Positions 13,047 through 26,830 are shown, numbered from the stretch's first letter. The stretch: DNA of 64,000 nucleotides from Eledone cirrhosa (GCA_964016885.1 OZ024741.1:375906001-375970000); one strand, 5' to 3'. A program made the numbers and translations. Notes: generated by a model not told the origin, from the sequence alone.

Positions 13047-14970
13047 ATGGCCTTGCTCACAGCTGAACCAAGTAGCTGAGAGCCATCCTCACAAACTAAC
13101 ACCTCACACCGACACCACCTTTGTAAATATTACTACGTTTGCCAACACTAAAAATATAAGCAGTAGCAATATTTTAAATTTTTCTCAGCAGACATTCATT
13201 TCCCGCCATTACCAATGACTGCAGGTGTTGAAGCCGCCACCCCACCACCACCACAGCGACAACAGAAACAAAAGAAAAAAATAAATTATCTCGTGATATC
13301 GAAATGAATTCACCCAAAATGAACTCTTCCACACCGAACACCACTGACGCCACCACCACCACAACTGAAATTAAAATTAACAATAACAAAAATAACGATA
13401 ACAACAACAGCAACAATGAGAATAAGAACACCCTGTCTATTGCCAGAGTAGCAAAAAAGTGCGAAGCAATCCAGGTAACTCAGGAGGAATTAGAAGAAGC
13501 CAAAAGAATGGTAAAGAAAGATGGGCACAGGGTCAGCCTCACCTCCCCACCTAATAGAATGGAGCATCGGCGCCTATGCACCGTGTCTTATCGGACGATT
13601 AACAGAAAATCGCGCCGAGTGGAACGGGCATCCGAGTCCCAAATCCAAAAAGCTTTGGGAGGTGTATGGGCAAAAAAACCCCACATCAGACGTGGGCAGA
13701 AATATGGAACCGTGGACTTGTTCTTTGAAACACCACAGGAGGCCAGAGAACACTCCAAGGCCCCATTAAGAAGTGACGACTTCACACTCGTCCCAAGCTA
13801 TTGTGGCCAGAGACTCGTGAAGATCAGGGTGACCCACGTTCCACCGGCCATCGAAATTCCCTGGCTAATGGCTGCCGTCCTCGCCGGCATCGAGGCCAAC
13901 ACCAAAATAATCGAAATAGCGAAAGAAAAGCAGGAGAACTGGTCCGGATCTGGGATGGAGCTCCTGATCCAAGCGGACCAAAAAAGCATTGAGGAGATCC
14001 CAGAGGTAATAGACCTCACTGACGGCAGCCACCTCACCGTAATCGTCGAGGTCAGAAGGCCTAGTTGTGTCGTTTGTGGTGAAGGAACACACCTAAGGGC
14101 TTTCTGCCCTCAGGCTAAAAGGTTGAGGCCACCTCTCTTACCCACCCGAGTGACTCAACCATAAACACCACCAGCAGCAGAAATGGCAGCAACAACTGTA
14201 GCAGCAACAACAGAAGCAACTGTAACAGCAACAACCCAACACCAGTAGCAAAACCCAAACCACCACCACCTAATGCGCCAGAACTAGCACCAGCGCCTAC
14301 ACCATCCACCACGCCACAACCAAGACTAACGCCTGTGGAGGATTTTCCACTCCCCGACCTATCGCAACTGGAGACAGATTGTGACGACGAGGAGTGGGAA
14401 TCGGTATCAGGAAAAAAGAAACAAAAAAAGAAAAAGAAACCAAAAAAGAAAAAATCCTCTTCATTCCCCCTCCAAAAACAAAATACAGAGGGAAACAAAT
14501 AAACTATCAAACAAAAAAGTTAGGACAGCTATGCCCCATCCACACCAGTATCACCTACCCCATCACCACAAACACCAACACCAACACCATCACCAACACC
14601 ACAAAAGTCACCAAAAAGCGAAACAGAAACAAACCCATAACAAACGCAAACAAAACAAAACAACCAAAACGATACACACTACACAGCATTAAATTTGAAC
14701 AACAACCAATTATTACACTACATCCAACACAACACCAGCATCACAGAAAAAGACTACACAACAACCCAAAAGTTCACACCACCTCCACACATACAAATCA
14801 CTTGCATCACACATAAAACGTACATGACACTAAAACAAAAATTCCCCAAAGACTTCGGAGACTTCTGACAAGCACTCTTCAGGAGGATTTATAAGGACAT
14901 CTTTCCGGAGGAGGCCACAAGCAGTGAAAAGGATGGAGAAACCATCCTTCCTCTACGAGAAGTAAGGTAA
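13047..14970 (+). pseudogene. Tx1 ORF1 with CCHC knuckle, disrupted
   Basis: 13304-14164 contains CVVCGEGTHLRAFC; continues through stops and frameshifts to TAA at 14968-14970. Confidence 0.85.
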
Positions 14971-15004
14971 GTGGTCTTTCCCATCTTTTCCACTCCATTT
15001 CAAC

Positions 15005-18000
15005 ATGGCCTCACTCAGAATAGGCAACATAAATACGCGTGGCTTGGGGTCGTCATGGAAGCAGGGCCACCTGCTCAACGACCTCAGGTCACTAAACATA
15101 GATGTAGTGGCCATCAGCGAGACCAGAATCTCCGAAGCACGGGACTTCGCACCGATCTTCGGCGGCTACGATGTGTACGCATCTCCCAGCCGTCCTGGAT
15201 CGGAGGGAGGAGTTGCTGTGCTTTTTCAGAGAGGTTTGGATCTCGCCATACGGATCATCTTCCTGGACCCAGAAGGTAAGTTGGTGGTGCTGGACGTGAC
15301 CAGCGGAGACGGGCAAGCTTTCAGGCTAGTGACCGTCTATGCCCCGACAGGAGCAGGGCGGCTTGATTTCTTCCGGCGTCTGGAGACCTTTCTAGGAACG
15401 TCCCGCACTTTAGTGTTAGTGGGCGACTGGAACGGGATCTTAGGTGCACGCTGGGACTGTGTGGGATTAGCGGATAGAGGAGGAGGGTGCAAGAGTCTCA
15501 CCAACCTGCTCAGGCGTTTTGAACTGTCTGACAGGTACCTATTGGATTTCCCGAATGTGCCAATGTGGACGTGGACAAATCGCTTAGGGTCATCCAGATC
15601 ATATCTAGATAGAGTATTTTGTAGGGAAATAGATAGGTCTAGCATAGGCTGTCCACAATTCAAGATAGTCAGCTACACGGACCACAAATTCGTGATCTGT
15701 GTGCTTGACTTAGATAGGCTTCATAGACGAGGACCCGGCTACTGGAAGCTAAACGCGTCCTTACCAGCGCGCAAGGCCTACAGAGACCGGATTAGCGAAC
15801 TAGTTAAGCGGGTGTTGACGGGGCCATCGTCAACAACAAGTGGTGGTTTGCTCTGAAAAGAGCGATTAGAATAGAGTCAATTAGGTTTAGTAAGGCTTTA
15901 GCAATAGAGAAAAATAGAGCAGAGAGAGAACTAGTTAGAAAATTAGACGAGGCGCTTAGCAAAGGCATCGCGACCGACGTACTTGCGGCGAAATTGGCCC
16001 TTGACCAATTCTTCAATGCAAAGCACGAAGGCTGCGTTGTCAGAGCTAGGGTGCATGCTCTCAACACGAGGGGACTAGAGCCGTTCAATGGGCCCGAGTG
16101 GCGGAGGCGCGTCGTGGCAACAAAGCCACGATCCGGTCTTTGGTGGACCACGACGGGCGCTTGCTACTCGATCCCGGGAAAATGTGTGAAGCTTTTCAGC
16201 GACACCGCACAGCTGTTCGGGGTCAGCGGCGGGCCGGATCGAGGGATGGACTTTAGTGTCTACCTCAACGGACTGCCGCGGCTCTCTGCCACTGAGGCGG
16301 AGTGTTGCGAAAAGCCGATAAAAGCCGCTGAAGTACGGGAGGCAATGACTGGCTGCACAAGGGGTAAATCGCCTGGTTTTGATGGTCTGCCCTATGAACT
16401 TTACGTACAGATGCCAGACTTGTTCGGAGGCCTCTTGGCGAACGTCTACTGCAAATGGCAATAGAACGGGAGAATTCCCAGCTCTGTGATCCGAGGAGCG
16501 GTGGCGCTGCTAAGAAAGGATCCGAACAAGGGGGATAACATAGATAAATTCAGGCCCATAACTCTGCTAAACACAGAGTTCAAGATTTTGGCCAAGGTGC
16601 TAGCAAAGAGGTTGGCGCTTGTCGTTGGTGGTCTGGTGGGAGAGGCACAGAGATGCGCCATTCCCGACAGATCCATCCACGACAACCTCCACCTCATGCG
16701 ATACATCGTAGAGAGGGTAGCTAAGGAACCTGGCACGGGTGGGTCTTTGATCAATTTAGATCAGTCGAAAGCCTTCGATAGGGTCGACCATCGTTACCTA
16801 GCGGCAGTCCTGAGGGCGGCTGGCTTTGGGCCCGTCTTCAGAGGCTGGATCGCTGCCATACACAGCGACATCTGCTCTGTAGTGAGAGTGAACGGTCACC
16901 TTTCGGAACCGTTCAACATCATGCGCTCGGTCCGCCAAGGATGTCCCCTCTCGTCCCTATTGTACGTATTGACTCTCGAGCCATTACTGCACAAACTGGA
17001 GACGTTGAGGGGGGTCCCGCGCGAACTAGGATGCGGAAGATCCGTGTCAGCATATGCGGACGATGTCACCGTAGTGGTGTCGAACGCCAAACACATCGAG
17101 GCGATCGGCACTACACTAAGAGAATACGAAGTGGTGACAGGAGCAATGATCAACCAGGAAATGTCAGTGGGCCTGCAGCTCGGCACCTGGAGAGGCAGGT
17201 CCATGCCGTTCAACAGCGTCGTCAGGCGCTGGACGGACGGACCGGTTAAATTGCTAGGGGTCTGATTCGGTCCAGACCTCCAGACGGACAAAAACTGGGA
17301 CGAGGTGACGAGCTGGGTGGCTTCTCTCACCCAGAAATGGGCCGAGAGGAAGCTATCCCTGAAAGGTCGAGCGGAGGTGGCTAACGCGTACATCGCGTCC
17401 GTCATCTACTACCGCCTGACCGTCGTACCTTGTCCTAAGCCCCGCCTGACTGCGCTGGAGCGTTTGCTCTTTCGCTTCTTGTGGAAGGGACGCGCTCCGA
17501 TGGTCAGGCGGTCCATCTGCTGTCAACACCCGCTACGTGGAGGGCTGGGCATGCCGTGGCTGATGATGCGCAGACACGCGCTCAGGCTACGACATCTCCA
17601 CCTCTTCCTCGACGGTGATCAGGTGTGGTCGCCGTTTGCTAGACACGTTTTTCCCCAGCTCGTCTCCTTGACGGAGCTGCAGTCCTGGGTCAAGCGAAGA
17701 CTGAGAGGGAGCGCTTGGAAACTGGAATATCTTCAGGCGCTCACAGCCCTCGGCCAATCGGGCAATGTGATCGGTGGAATCTCCACCTTGGCGTTCTATA
17801 GGGGATTAGTGGAGGGGAAGAGCGACGACATACTTGGAGAAACGCTAGGCGTCGACGAAAATCAACTAGCCAATCTCTTCAGAAGGACTTTCGGGCTGAG
17901 GCCTATGGACAACTTCCAGAAATCCCTGGCCTGGCAGTGCTACCGGGGAGCTTTGCCAGTTCGGGATAAACTCTACAGGCATGGAGGTGCCGTCAGCCAG

Positions 18001-18420
18001 GCATGTCCGAGATGCGCACAGGGCGACGAAACCGTCCTGCACGCACTCGTCCAGTGTCCGAGCATTGCTCAGTTGTGGGTTTATGTCGAACACCTGCTGT
18101 CACGTGTAGGACGGATCCAGCTATCAGCTGGGTCCATCGTGAGGATTGCCCCGCCCTCTTCCTTTAGCCGGGAAGGGCAGGCAGTTTTTATCTGTCTGGT
18201 GGCCATGGCGAAAGAGATAGTATGGTGGACACGTTTGAAAGGGCTGAAGACGAGCACTTACCTCTTCGGTGATGCCCTGATTAACTTTTTCAAATTTCAT
18301 TTGAAAAGGAAAATCAGGGTAGAGAGGGAAGTGCTCTCTTCCCAGCATTTTGTTGAAAGATGGGTGAGAGAAGCAAGTATGGCCCGAATGAATGGGCCTT
18401 CTCTGAGTATATGTCTGTAA
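15005..18420 (+). pseudogene. Tx1 ORF2: APE endonuclease + reverse transcriptase + C-terminal zinc finger, few lesions
   Basis: NINTRGL, SETR, VYAP, GDWN, YLDR, TDH; KSPGFDG, FRPITLLN, DQSKAFDRV, RQGCPLS, AYADD; CPRC..ETVLHALVQC. Confidence 0.93.
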
Positions 18421-18665
18421 ATTAAAGGTGGAAAACTGGGAGAGGGCACTTGCTCTGGTGGTCAGGGTCACTGTGGTCTTTTAATGGGCTTTCTCCACAA
18501 ATGTCCCTTGGAAGTCTCCCCCCTATTGAGGAATTTTTCTTTGTTATTTTATTAAATCCTCTGTTTTGTTTTTTACACGCAGAAGTGCCCATTTGTACCG
18601 TCCTGTATTGTCCTGCACTGTCCTTAATGTCTACTTTATGTAAACCCTTGTGGTTAATAAAGAAA

Positions 18666-18697
<32 letters not shown>

Positions 18698-20996
18698 GGC
18701 AACCTACGTAGTAAATCGTATCATCGTGAGCTCCGCAAAGGTTTGTTATCTCCGTTTGTTAAAAATTGCCATTTATGGAAAATTTTTATTGTTAACCATA
18801 TATAAGCGCACATACATTGTTTTCCGAAAAGGACACCCAAAAAGATTGGGGCCTTGTGCCCAAAATTTTAACTTTTATTATTATCCAAAAATTTCTTTGA
18901 AAAAAAAATGACTAATTCACCTCTGCACCAAGCAGCAGAAAGCCTTTCTCACAAATTAACACCTCACACCGACACCACCATTGTAAATGTTACTACGTTT
19001 GCCAACACTAAAAAAAATATAAGCACTAGCAATATTTTAAATTTGTCTCAGGCAGACATTCATTTCCCGCCATTACCAATGACTGCAGGTGTTAAAGCCT
19101 CCACCACCACCACCACCGCGACAACCACCACCCCCACCACCACCGCGACAACAGAAACAAAAGAAGAAAAAAATAAATTAACTCGTGATGTCGAAATGAA
19201 ATCAAGCAAAATGGACTCTTCCCCACCAAAGACGACTGACGTCACCACCACCACAACTGAAACTAAAATTAATATTAACACAAATAACGATAGCAACAAC
19301 AACAACAATGACATTATAAAATCGACCCTCAGTTTCGCCAGAGTAGCAAAACAGTTCGAAGCATTTACGGTAACTCAGGAGGATTTAGAAAATGCCAAAC
19401 AAATGGTAAAGAAAGATGGGTACAGGGTCAGCCTCACCCCCCCACCTAATAAAATGGAGCATCGGCGCCTATGCACCGTGTCGTATCGAACAATAAATGT
19501 AAAATCGCGCCGAGTGGAACGGGCATCCGAGTCCCAAATCCAAAAAGCTTTGGGACATGTGTGGGCAAGAAAAACCCACATCAGACGTGGGAAGAAGTAT
19601 GGAACCGTGGACATGTTCTTTGAAACACCAGAGGAGGCTAGAGAACACTCCATGGCCCCATTAAGAAGTGACGACTTCACACTCGTCCCAAGCTATTGTG
19701 GCCAGAGACTCGTAAAGATCAGGGTGACCCACGTTCCATCGGCCATCGAAATTCCCTGGCTAATAGCGGCCGCCCTCGCCGGCATCGAAGCCAACACAAA
19801 AATAATAGCAATAGCAAAAGAAAAGCAGGAGAACTGGTCCGGATCTGGGATGGAGCTCCTGATCCAAGCGGACCAAAAAAGCACTGAGGAGATCCCAGAG
19901 GTAATAGACCTCACTGACGGCAGCCACCTCACGGTAATTGTCGAGGGCAGAAGACCTAGGTGTGTCGTTTGTGGTGAAGGAACCCACCTAAGGGATTTCT
20001 GCCCTCAGGCTAAAAGGTTGAGGTCACCTCTCCTACCCACCCCAGTGACACAACCATCAACACCACCAGTAGCAGAGATGGCAGCAACAACTGTAGCAGC
20101 AACAACAGAAGCAACTATAACAGCAACAACCCCAGCAACAGTAGCAAATTAGTGGAGGGGAAGAGCGACGACATACTTGGAGAAACGCTAGGCGTCGACG
20201 AAAATCAACTATCCAATCTCTTCGGAAGGACTTTCGGGCCGGGGCCTATGGACAACTTCCAGAAATCCCTGGCCTGGCAGTGCTTTGCCAGTTCGGGATA
20301 AACTTTACAGGCATGGAGGTGCCGTCAGCCGGGCATGTCCGAGATGCGCACAGGGCGACGACACCGCCCTGCACGCACTCGTCCAGTGTCCGAGCATTGC
20401 TGACTTGTGGGTTTATGTCGAACACCTGCTGTCACGTGTAGGACGGATCCAGCTATCAGCTGGGTCCATCGTGAGGATTGCCCCGCCCTCTTCCTTTAGC
20501 CGGGAAGGGCAGGCAGTTTTCATCTGTCTGGTGGCCATGGCGAAAGAGATAGTATGGTGGACACGTTTGAAAGGGCTGAAGACGAGCACTTACCTCTTCG
20601 GTGATGCCCTGATTAACTTTTTCAAATTTCTTCTGAAAAGGAAAATCAGGGTAGAGAGGGAAGTGCTCTCTTCCCAGCATTTTGTTGAAAGATGGGTGAG
20701 AGAAGCAAGTATGGCCCGAATGAATGGGCCTTCTCTGAGTATATGTCTGTAAATTAAAGGTGGAAAACTGGGAGAGGGCACTTGCCCTGGTGGTCAGGGC
20801 CACTGTGGTCTTTTAATGGGCTTTCTCCACAAATGTCCCTCGGAAGTCTCCCCCCTATTGGGGAATTTTTCTTTGTTATTTTATTTCATCCTCTGTTTTT
20901 TTTACACGCAGAAATGCCCATTTGTACCGTCCTGTATTGTCCTGTACTGTCCTTAATGTCTACTTTATGTAAACCCTTGTGGTTAATAAAGAAAAC
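18698..20996 (+). mobile_element. Tx1 LINE copy B, same family as A, ~3.5-kb internal deletion
   Basis: Same termini as A; junction at ~20148 joins A-equivalent ~14252 to ~17806. Confidence 0.93.
18908..20152 (+). CDS. Tx1 ORF1, open for 414 aa but C-terminally truncated by the deletion
   Basis: Uninterrupted ORF with CVVCGEGTHLRDFC knuckle. Confidence 0.75.
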   Translation: MTNSPLHQAAESLSHKLTPHTDTTIVNVTTFANTKKNISTSNILNLSQADIHFPPLPMTAGVKASTTTTTATTTTPTTTATTETKEEKNKLTRDVEMKSSKMDSSPPKTTDVTTTTTETKININTNNDSNNNNNDIIKSTLSFARVAKQFEAFTVTQEDLENAKQMVKKDGYRVSLTPPPNKMEHRRLCTVSYRTINVKSRRVERASESQIQKALGHVWARKTHIRRGKKYGTVDMFFETPEEAREHSMAPLRSDDFTLVPSYCGQRLVKIRVTHVPSAIEIPWLIAAALAGIEANTKIIAIAKEKQENWSGSGMELLIQADQKSTEEIPEVIDLTDGSHLTVIVEGRRPRCVVCGEGTHLRDFCPQAKRLRSPLLPTPVTQPSTPPVAEMAATTVAATTEATITATTPATVAN

Positions 20997-21026
20997 ATTA
21001 TTATTATTATTATTATTGTTGTTATT

Positions 21027-23616
21027 CCTTGAATCTCAGTCATTGATGTTGGTTAATTGGAAAGTCCGTTGGATTGAATATCAAGCCACTACCTGCAGCC
21101 TCAGATATTCAGGACGTATCGGAGGGTTCTCGCTGTTCCAAGCAAGCATGCCTTTTGAAGCGTTCCAAAAAGCGTGAAGGGGCCGATTTTCTTTAACCAT
21201 CCCTGGAAACTTTTGGAGATAGTCCCCAGTGCGCCTATGACAATCGGGATCACTTTGACTTCATGGCAGTTCCAAATCCTTTTCACCTCCCACTTTAGGT
21301 CCTGGTATCGGTTAATTTTCTCCCTCTCCTTCTCTTGCACTCTCGTGTCGAACGGGCAGGCCACATCCACAATCAGACACGATCTTTTTTCTTTGTCCAC
21401 AACCACCAGGTCAGGTCTATTGTGTTCCAGTTTTTTGTCCGTCTGTATCCTAAAATCCCACAGCACCTTCACCTGATTGTTCTCCATCACCGCCTCCGGC
21501 CTATGCTCATACCATTTCTCAGAATGTGGTAAATTGTTTACTTTGCACAGGTGCCAGTGGATCACCCTGCCCATCACATCGTGTCTCCAGCCCTTATAGT
21601 GGGTCTGGGCTAGGTGTTTACACTCGGACACAATGTGAGCCACAGTCTCCTCTCTCTCTCCACAGATCCTGCACAGTGGGCTAGCCTCCTCCTTGTAAAT
21701 ATGGTGCTTCAACCACTTCGTTTTGAGGGCCTGCTCCTGCGCAGCCATTATCATTCCTTCTGTAGCCTTTTTGAGGTCTCCTCTTCTCAACCAGTTCCAT
21801 GTCTGTGGATCTCTAAATTCAGTTTTCTCAAAGAAGGTACTATGAAGGGATTTTCCCTTAAGGCTGCTCTTCCTCCTTGATGTTATTTCCTCCTTGGACA
21901 TCCCCTGGCCTACTGTCCCCTCCTTCAGTACAGTTTTGAGCATTGGCTCCTTACTATAGGTCACGTATTTGTATAGGTTGTTTTTCTCCATCCGAACACA
22001 GTCCTCTATGCTGATAAGACCTCTTCCACCCTCAGACCTCCTTAGGTAGAGTCTATCGACATCACTCCTCTTGTGGAACTTGTTGTAGATAGTCAATAGC
22101 TTCCTAGTCTTCCTATCCATTTCTTTTTGTTCAGCAACATTCCATCTCAGAATTCCCGCACTGTACCTAATAATAGACACAGCTCGGGAATTTACTGCGC
22201 TTATGGCATTTCTGCTGTTCAGATGTGACTTCAATACGCTCCTTACTCTCCGAATGTATTCAGTTCTTAACAATTCCTTCATTTTTTTGTTCTTTATGCC
22301 ATCAGCCTCCAGAAAGCCCAAATACTTGTATCCTTCCTCAGAGTCAATTTCCTTTATCATCTCACCTGTTGGTATCTGGATCCCGCTACTTCTGCTCAAC
22401 CTACCCCTCCTCATCACAATGACTCCACATTTACCAATACCAAACTGCATACATATATCACTGCTGAAAATACGGACAGTGTCAACAAGCACATCCAACT
22501 CCTTCTCACTTTTCCCGAAGAGCTTAAGATCGTCCATGAAGAGGAGGTGATTGATGGTAAGCTCTCCCTTTCCCAACTTGTATCCTGCTCTCACTTTTCG
22601 CAGCATAATGGTCAAGGGCATTAGGGCAAGGACAAACAACAGAGGGGACAGGCTATCTCCCTGGAAGATACCTCTCTTGATCTTCACGCTTCCAAGGATA
22701 CTCCAGTTGATGTCAACTCTGTCTCCCAGGATCCCATACTCCTGCCCAGCAACTGTCTGATGTTATCTGCCACCCTGAAGATCTCCAGGCTTTTGGTGAT
22801 CCAAGAATGAGGCACCATGTCAAATGCCTTTCTGTAGTCTATCCATCCCATGTCAAGATCAGTGTGTCTCCTCCTGCAATTCCCCATTACCATCTTATCA
22901 ATAAGTAACTGGTCCTTTGTACCACGTGACTTCTTTCGGCATCCTTTCTGTTCGTCCGGTAACATGTTGTTTGTGTGGAGGTGATGGTAGATTTCCTCAG
23001 ACACAATGCTCGTCAACAGTTTCCACATTACGGACAGACATGTGATAGGTCTATAGTTGGTAACATCATTACCCTTGATTCGGTCTTTCATTATCAGAAC
23101 TGTGGTACCTTTTGTCAACCACTCTGGCACCTCACCCGACACCAAGCAGTCATTGAACATGGCCGTCAGCTTCGGGTGGAGGGATGTTAAATGTTTAATC
23201 CAATACCCCTGCACACCATCTGGGCCTGGTGATTTCCAGTTGGTTAGTTTTTTGGCCTGCCCCTTAAGAGTTTCAACTGTGATACTCAAATCAGTTTGTT
23301 GTTGTGCCTGCTCACCGATCTCCCTCTGTACTGTCTCAATCCACCCTGCCTGGGCATTATGTCTGACATCCTGCTCCCATATTCCTCTCCAGAATGTTTT
23401 AGTTTGTTCCGCCCCAGGGATCAAGTCGTTGCCTCTTTCTTTCCCCTCAAGCTGTCCAAACAGCATCTTCTGGTTGTTGTCGAACATGCGGTTCTGTTTA
23501 TACTGACTGACTCTGTTCTCGTATCGCCTGATTTTTGCACTCTTTGCTACAATGCGTTGCTTCAATTCCTCTATGATAATATTTAGCTTTTTACTCCTAG
23601 TTTTGTATTTTATTTC

Positions 23617-23619
<3 letters not shown>
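21027..23619 (-). mobile_element. 5'-truncated R4/Dong-clade element, second family
   Basis: ORFs 22684-23679 and 21101-22687 (one frameshift): FQGDSLSP, FMDDLKL, CRIC..H..C, RHD, RPD, KINRYQDL; (TAA)n flanks. Confidence 0.92.
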
Positions 23620-23650
<31 letters not shown>

Positions 23651-23662
23651 GTTATTGTTATT

Positions 23663-24305
23663 CCTTGAATCTCAGTCATTGATGTTGGTTAACTGGAAAG
23701 TCCGTTGGATTGAATATCAAGCCACTACCTGCAGCCTCAGATATTCAGGACGTATCGGAGGGTTCTTGCTGTTCCAAGCAAGCATGCCTTTTGAAGCGTT
23801 CCAAAAAGCGTGAAGGGGCCGATTTTCTTTAACCATCCCTGGAAACTTTTGGAGATAGTCCCCAGTGCGCCTATGACAATCGGGATCACTTTGACTTCAT
23901 GGCAGTTCCAAATCGTTTTCACCTCCCACTTTAGGTCCTGGTATCGGTTAATTTTCTCCCTCTCCTTCTCTTGCACTCTCGTGTCGAACGGGCAGGCCAT
24001 ATCCACAATCAGGCACGATCTTTTTTCTTTGTCCACAACCACCAGGTCAGGTCTATTGTGTTCCAGTTTTTTGTCCGTCTGTATCTTAAAATCCCATAGC
24101 ACCTTCACCTGATTGTTCTCCATCACCGCCTCTGGCCTATGCTCATACCATTTCTCAGAATGTGGTAAATTGTTTACTTTGCACAGGTGCCAGTGGATCA
24201 CCCTGCCCATCACATCGTGTCTCCAGCCCTTATAGTGGGTCTGGGCTAGGTGTTTACACTCGGACACAATGTGAGCCACAGTCTCCTCTCTCTCTCCACA
24301 GATCC
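23663..24305 (-). mobile_element. Short 5'-truncated copy of the second R4/Dong family
   Basis: Near-identical to 21027-21669. Confidence 0.92.
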
Positions 24306-24490
<185 letters not shown>

Positions 24491-24907
24491 TAGTCTGAGG
24501 AGAAGTGAAGTGCATGTCCGTTCCAGGTTGTATTTTCCTAAATGTCCAGGTTATATTTGTACGTTGGAACGTTTGCTAATTGAAGAAACCACATTCAGAA
24601 ATTTGGTGAAGCCAATCGAAAGTGGTAGCGTGTGATGTGTCACATCACCCATGTCACCGGTGTTTTGTGTGTTGTACTAGAAAGAAACAGTAAACATTTC
24701 ATACCGTGTAGGAAATGTTCGGAGTGATTTCCCCTTCATCACAGAAACAAACAATCTCATACATCAAATGACTCACCATCATCACCACCACCACCAACTA
24801 TTACGAATATTTTCCGAAAGCAGATGTATCTAAATTCATGAAATAATTGTATGAAACCGCTGTAGGGGAGAAACTACAGTTACTAAACCAACACAACGAT
24901 GCCAAAG

Positions 24908-24965
<58 letters not shown>

Positions 24966-25566
24966 CTAATTGGGGAGGGTCATATTTGTGTAATAATATT
25001 GCCAGAATTAATAACAGAACACTGTTTGGTTGGTTTTCGCTTCTGTGTCTTTTATACGAACATGCCAGACAACAACACCACGGTAACATAGACAACATAT
25101 AAATTAGAATAATATCTAAACATAGAAATGACCCAGCAGATAAGCAAATCTCATTTGCATATGAAGCTGCATATGTTGGCTCAACTTTTACCTCGATGAT
25201 TGCATAGCTACGGCATAGACGGTTGTCCCCCTTGCTTCTGCTGGACATCACTAGAGGGCGTTAGCCCCCCGGTGATTGCATAACTACGGGTTCCTAAAAC
25301 CGTATTTCCTTGGAGATACGAAATATTTATACATATTGTATAAAGCTATGCTTGAAGCGAAATCCTATTTCTTTTATATATATATATATATATATATTTC
25401 GTATTTGTTATTGTAAATAAATGTTCATAAAATGCTGATAGGGTGGTGCGTGACTTTTCCGCCACCTAGTGTCCGAAACCTTAAGACACCTTTCCTATTA
25501 TTTCAAGCGTTAAACTACTATACATTTTGATTGCACTGTGACGTTTGCATTGTCATTTCTGTTTAC

Positions 25567-25653
<87 letters not shown>

Positions 25654-25759
25654 ATATATACGTATATATACACATATATTTTCGTTCATCAGCTACAAGT
25701 ACCGGATGGTATCGGTTTTTCTCTGAAATATAGGTTTGCAAACTCTACACTGTCATCAG

Positions 25760-26040
25760 TCTAGAGTGAATGGGCCTTCTCTGTACATAAACCTGTAGGT
25801 TGAGGAAGATAAACAGAGAGAAGACAGGAACACCTACAAAACGTGTTGAGGGTTGTTCTATCCACGGGGTGTAAAACAACCCTGCAGTAACGTTCCCCCC
25901 TATTGGGGATTTTAATTGTTATTTTATTATATATAGTTTATTGTTATTTATTAATGTTAAAGTTATTTTTATGTAAAACCCCCGCCGTCACATCTTGTAA
26001 TGTCCCATTTTTGTACGCCCCTATGGCAAATAAAGAAAGA
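25760..26040 (+). mobile_element. Tx1-family 3' fragment ending in (TATC)n
   Basis: GTGAATGGGCCTTCTCTG..CTGTAG matches the ORF2 end of copy A; shared UTR motif CCCCCTATTGGGGA; AATAAAGAAAGA then (TATC)n to ~26118. Confidence 0.8.
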
Positions 26041-26119
<79 letters not shown>

Positions 26120-26144
26120 TATCTATCACCCACTCTCTCTCTTT

Positions 26145-26179
<35 letters not shown>

Positions 26180-26546
26180 ATTTATACATATGTGTGTGTG
26201 TCTGTGTGTGTGTAGTGGACTATCCAGATTTGTGATTCCATCCCTGCAGGCGATTCTGTCATATTTTCTTCGCTGAAGTTTCATCATTTAAATTCTTAAC
26301 CATTCGCACACGCATGCACGCACACACACACACATACCCAGGTACAGACACACACGCGCGCGCATACACACACACACACACACACACACGCACAAGCACA
26401 CACGCACACATATATACATAAGAACCAATTGCGTGATATAAACTTAAAATCTTAAAATTATACATTTACAAGCATGAGATGGGATGGAAAAAGGACAAGA
26501 AGCCCATGAGATATGAACTACGTATCTGTTACATATGACACAACGG

Positions 26547-26613
<67 letters not shown>

Positions 26614-26789
26614 CATGCCATGTTTCTTTAGAAATACAAAATTCTAATACATATCTGTATACAGCTATGCTCGAAGCTAAATTCTAATTCTGTTCTATAT
26701 ATATAGTGAAAAAAGTGTGGACGTTAGGAAATGTTTCATACAGGCCACGTTATAAAAAAAATTATAAAAAAGAGGTTTCGAAAAGCGTA

Positions 26790-26830
<41 letters not shown>

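Larger units (their letters stand above)
12833..18667 (+). mobile_element. Full-length L1/Tx1-clade LINE copy A
   Basis: 5' end GGCGACCTACGTAG, ORF1, ORF2 (APE-RT-zinc finger), 3' UTR, AATAAAGAAATC; (TTA)n on both sides. Confidence 0.95.

Noticed and set aside
17263-17265. In-frame TGA in Tx1 ORF2 as selenocysteine or readthrough
   Set aside because: Likely a TGG>TGA mutation in a copy with other stops and frameshifts.
20140-20160. Internal deletion of copy B as a spliced intron
   Set aside because: Junction lacks GT-AG boundaries in copy A.
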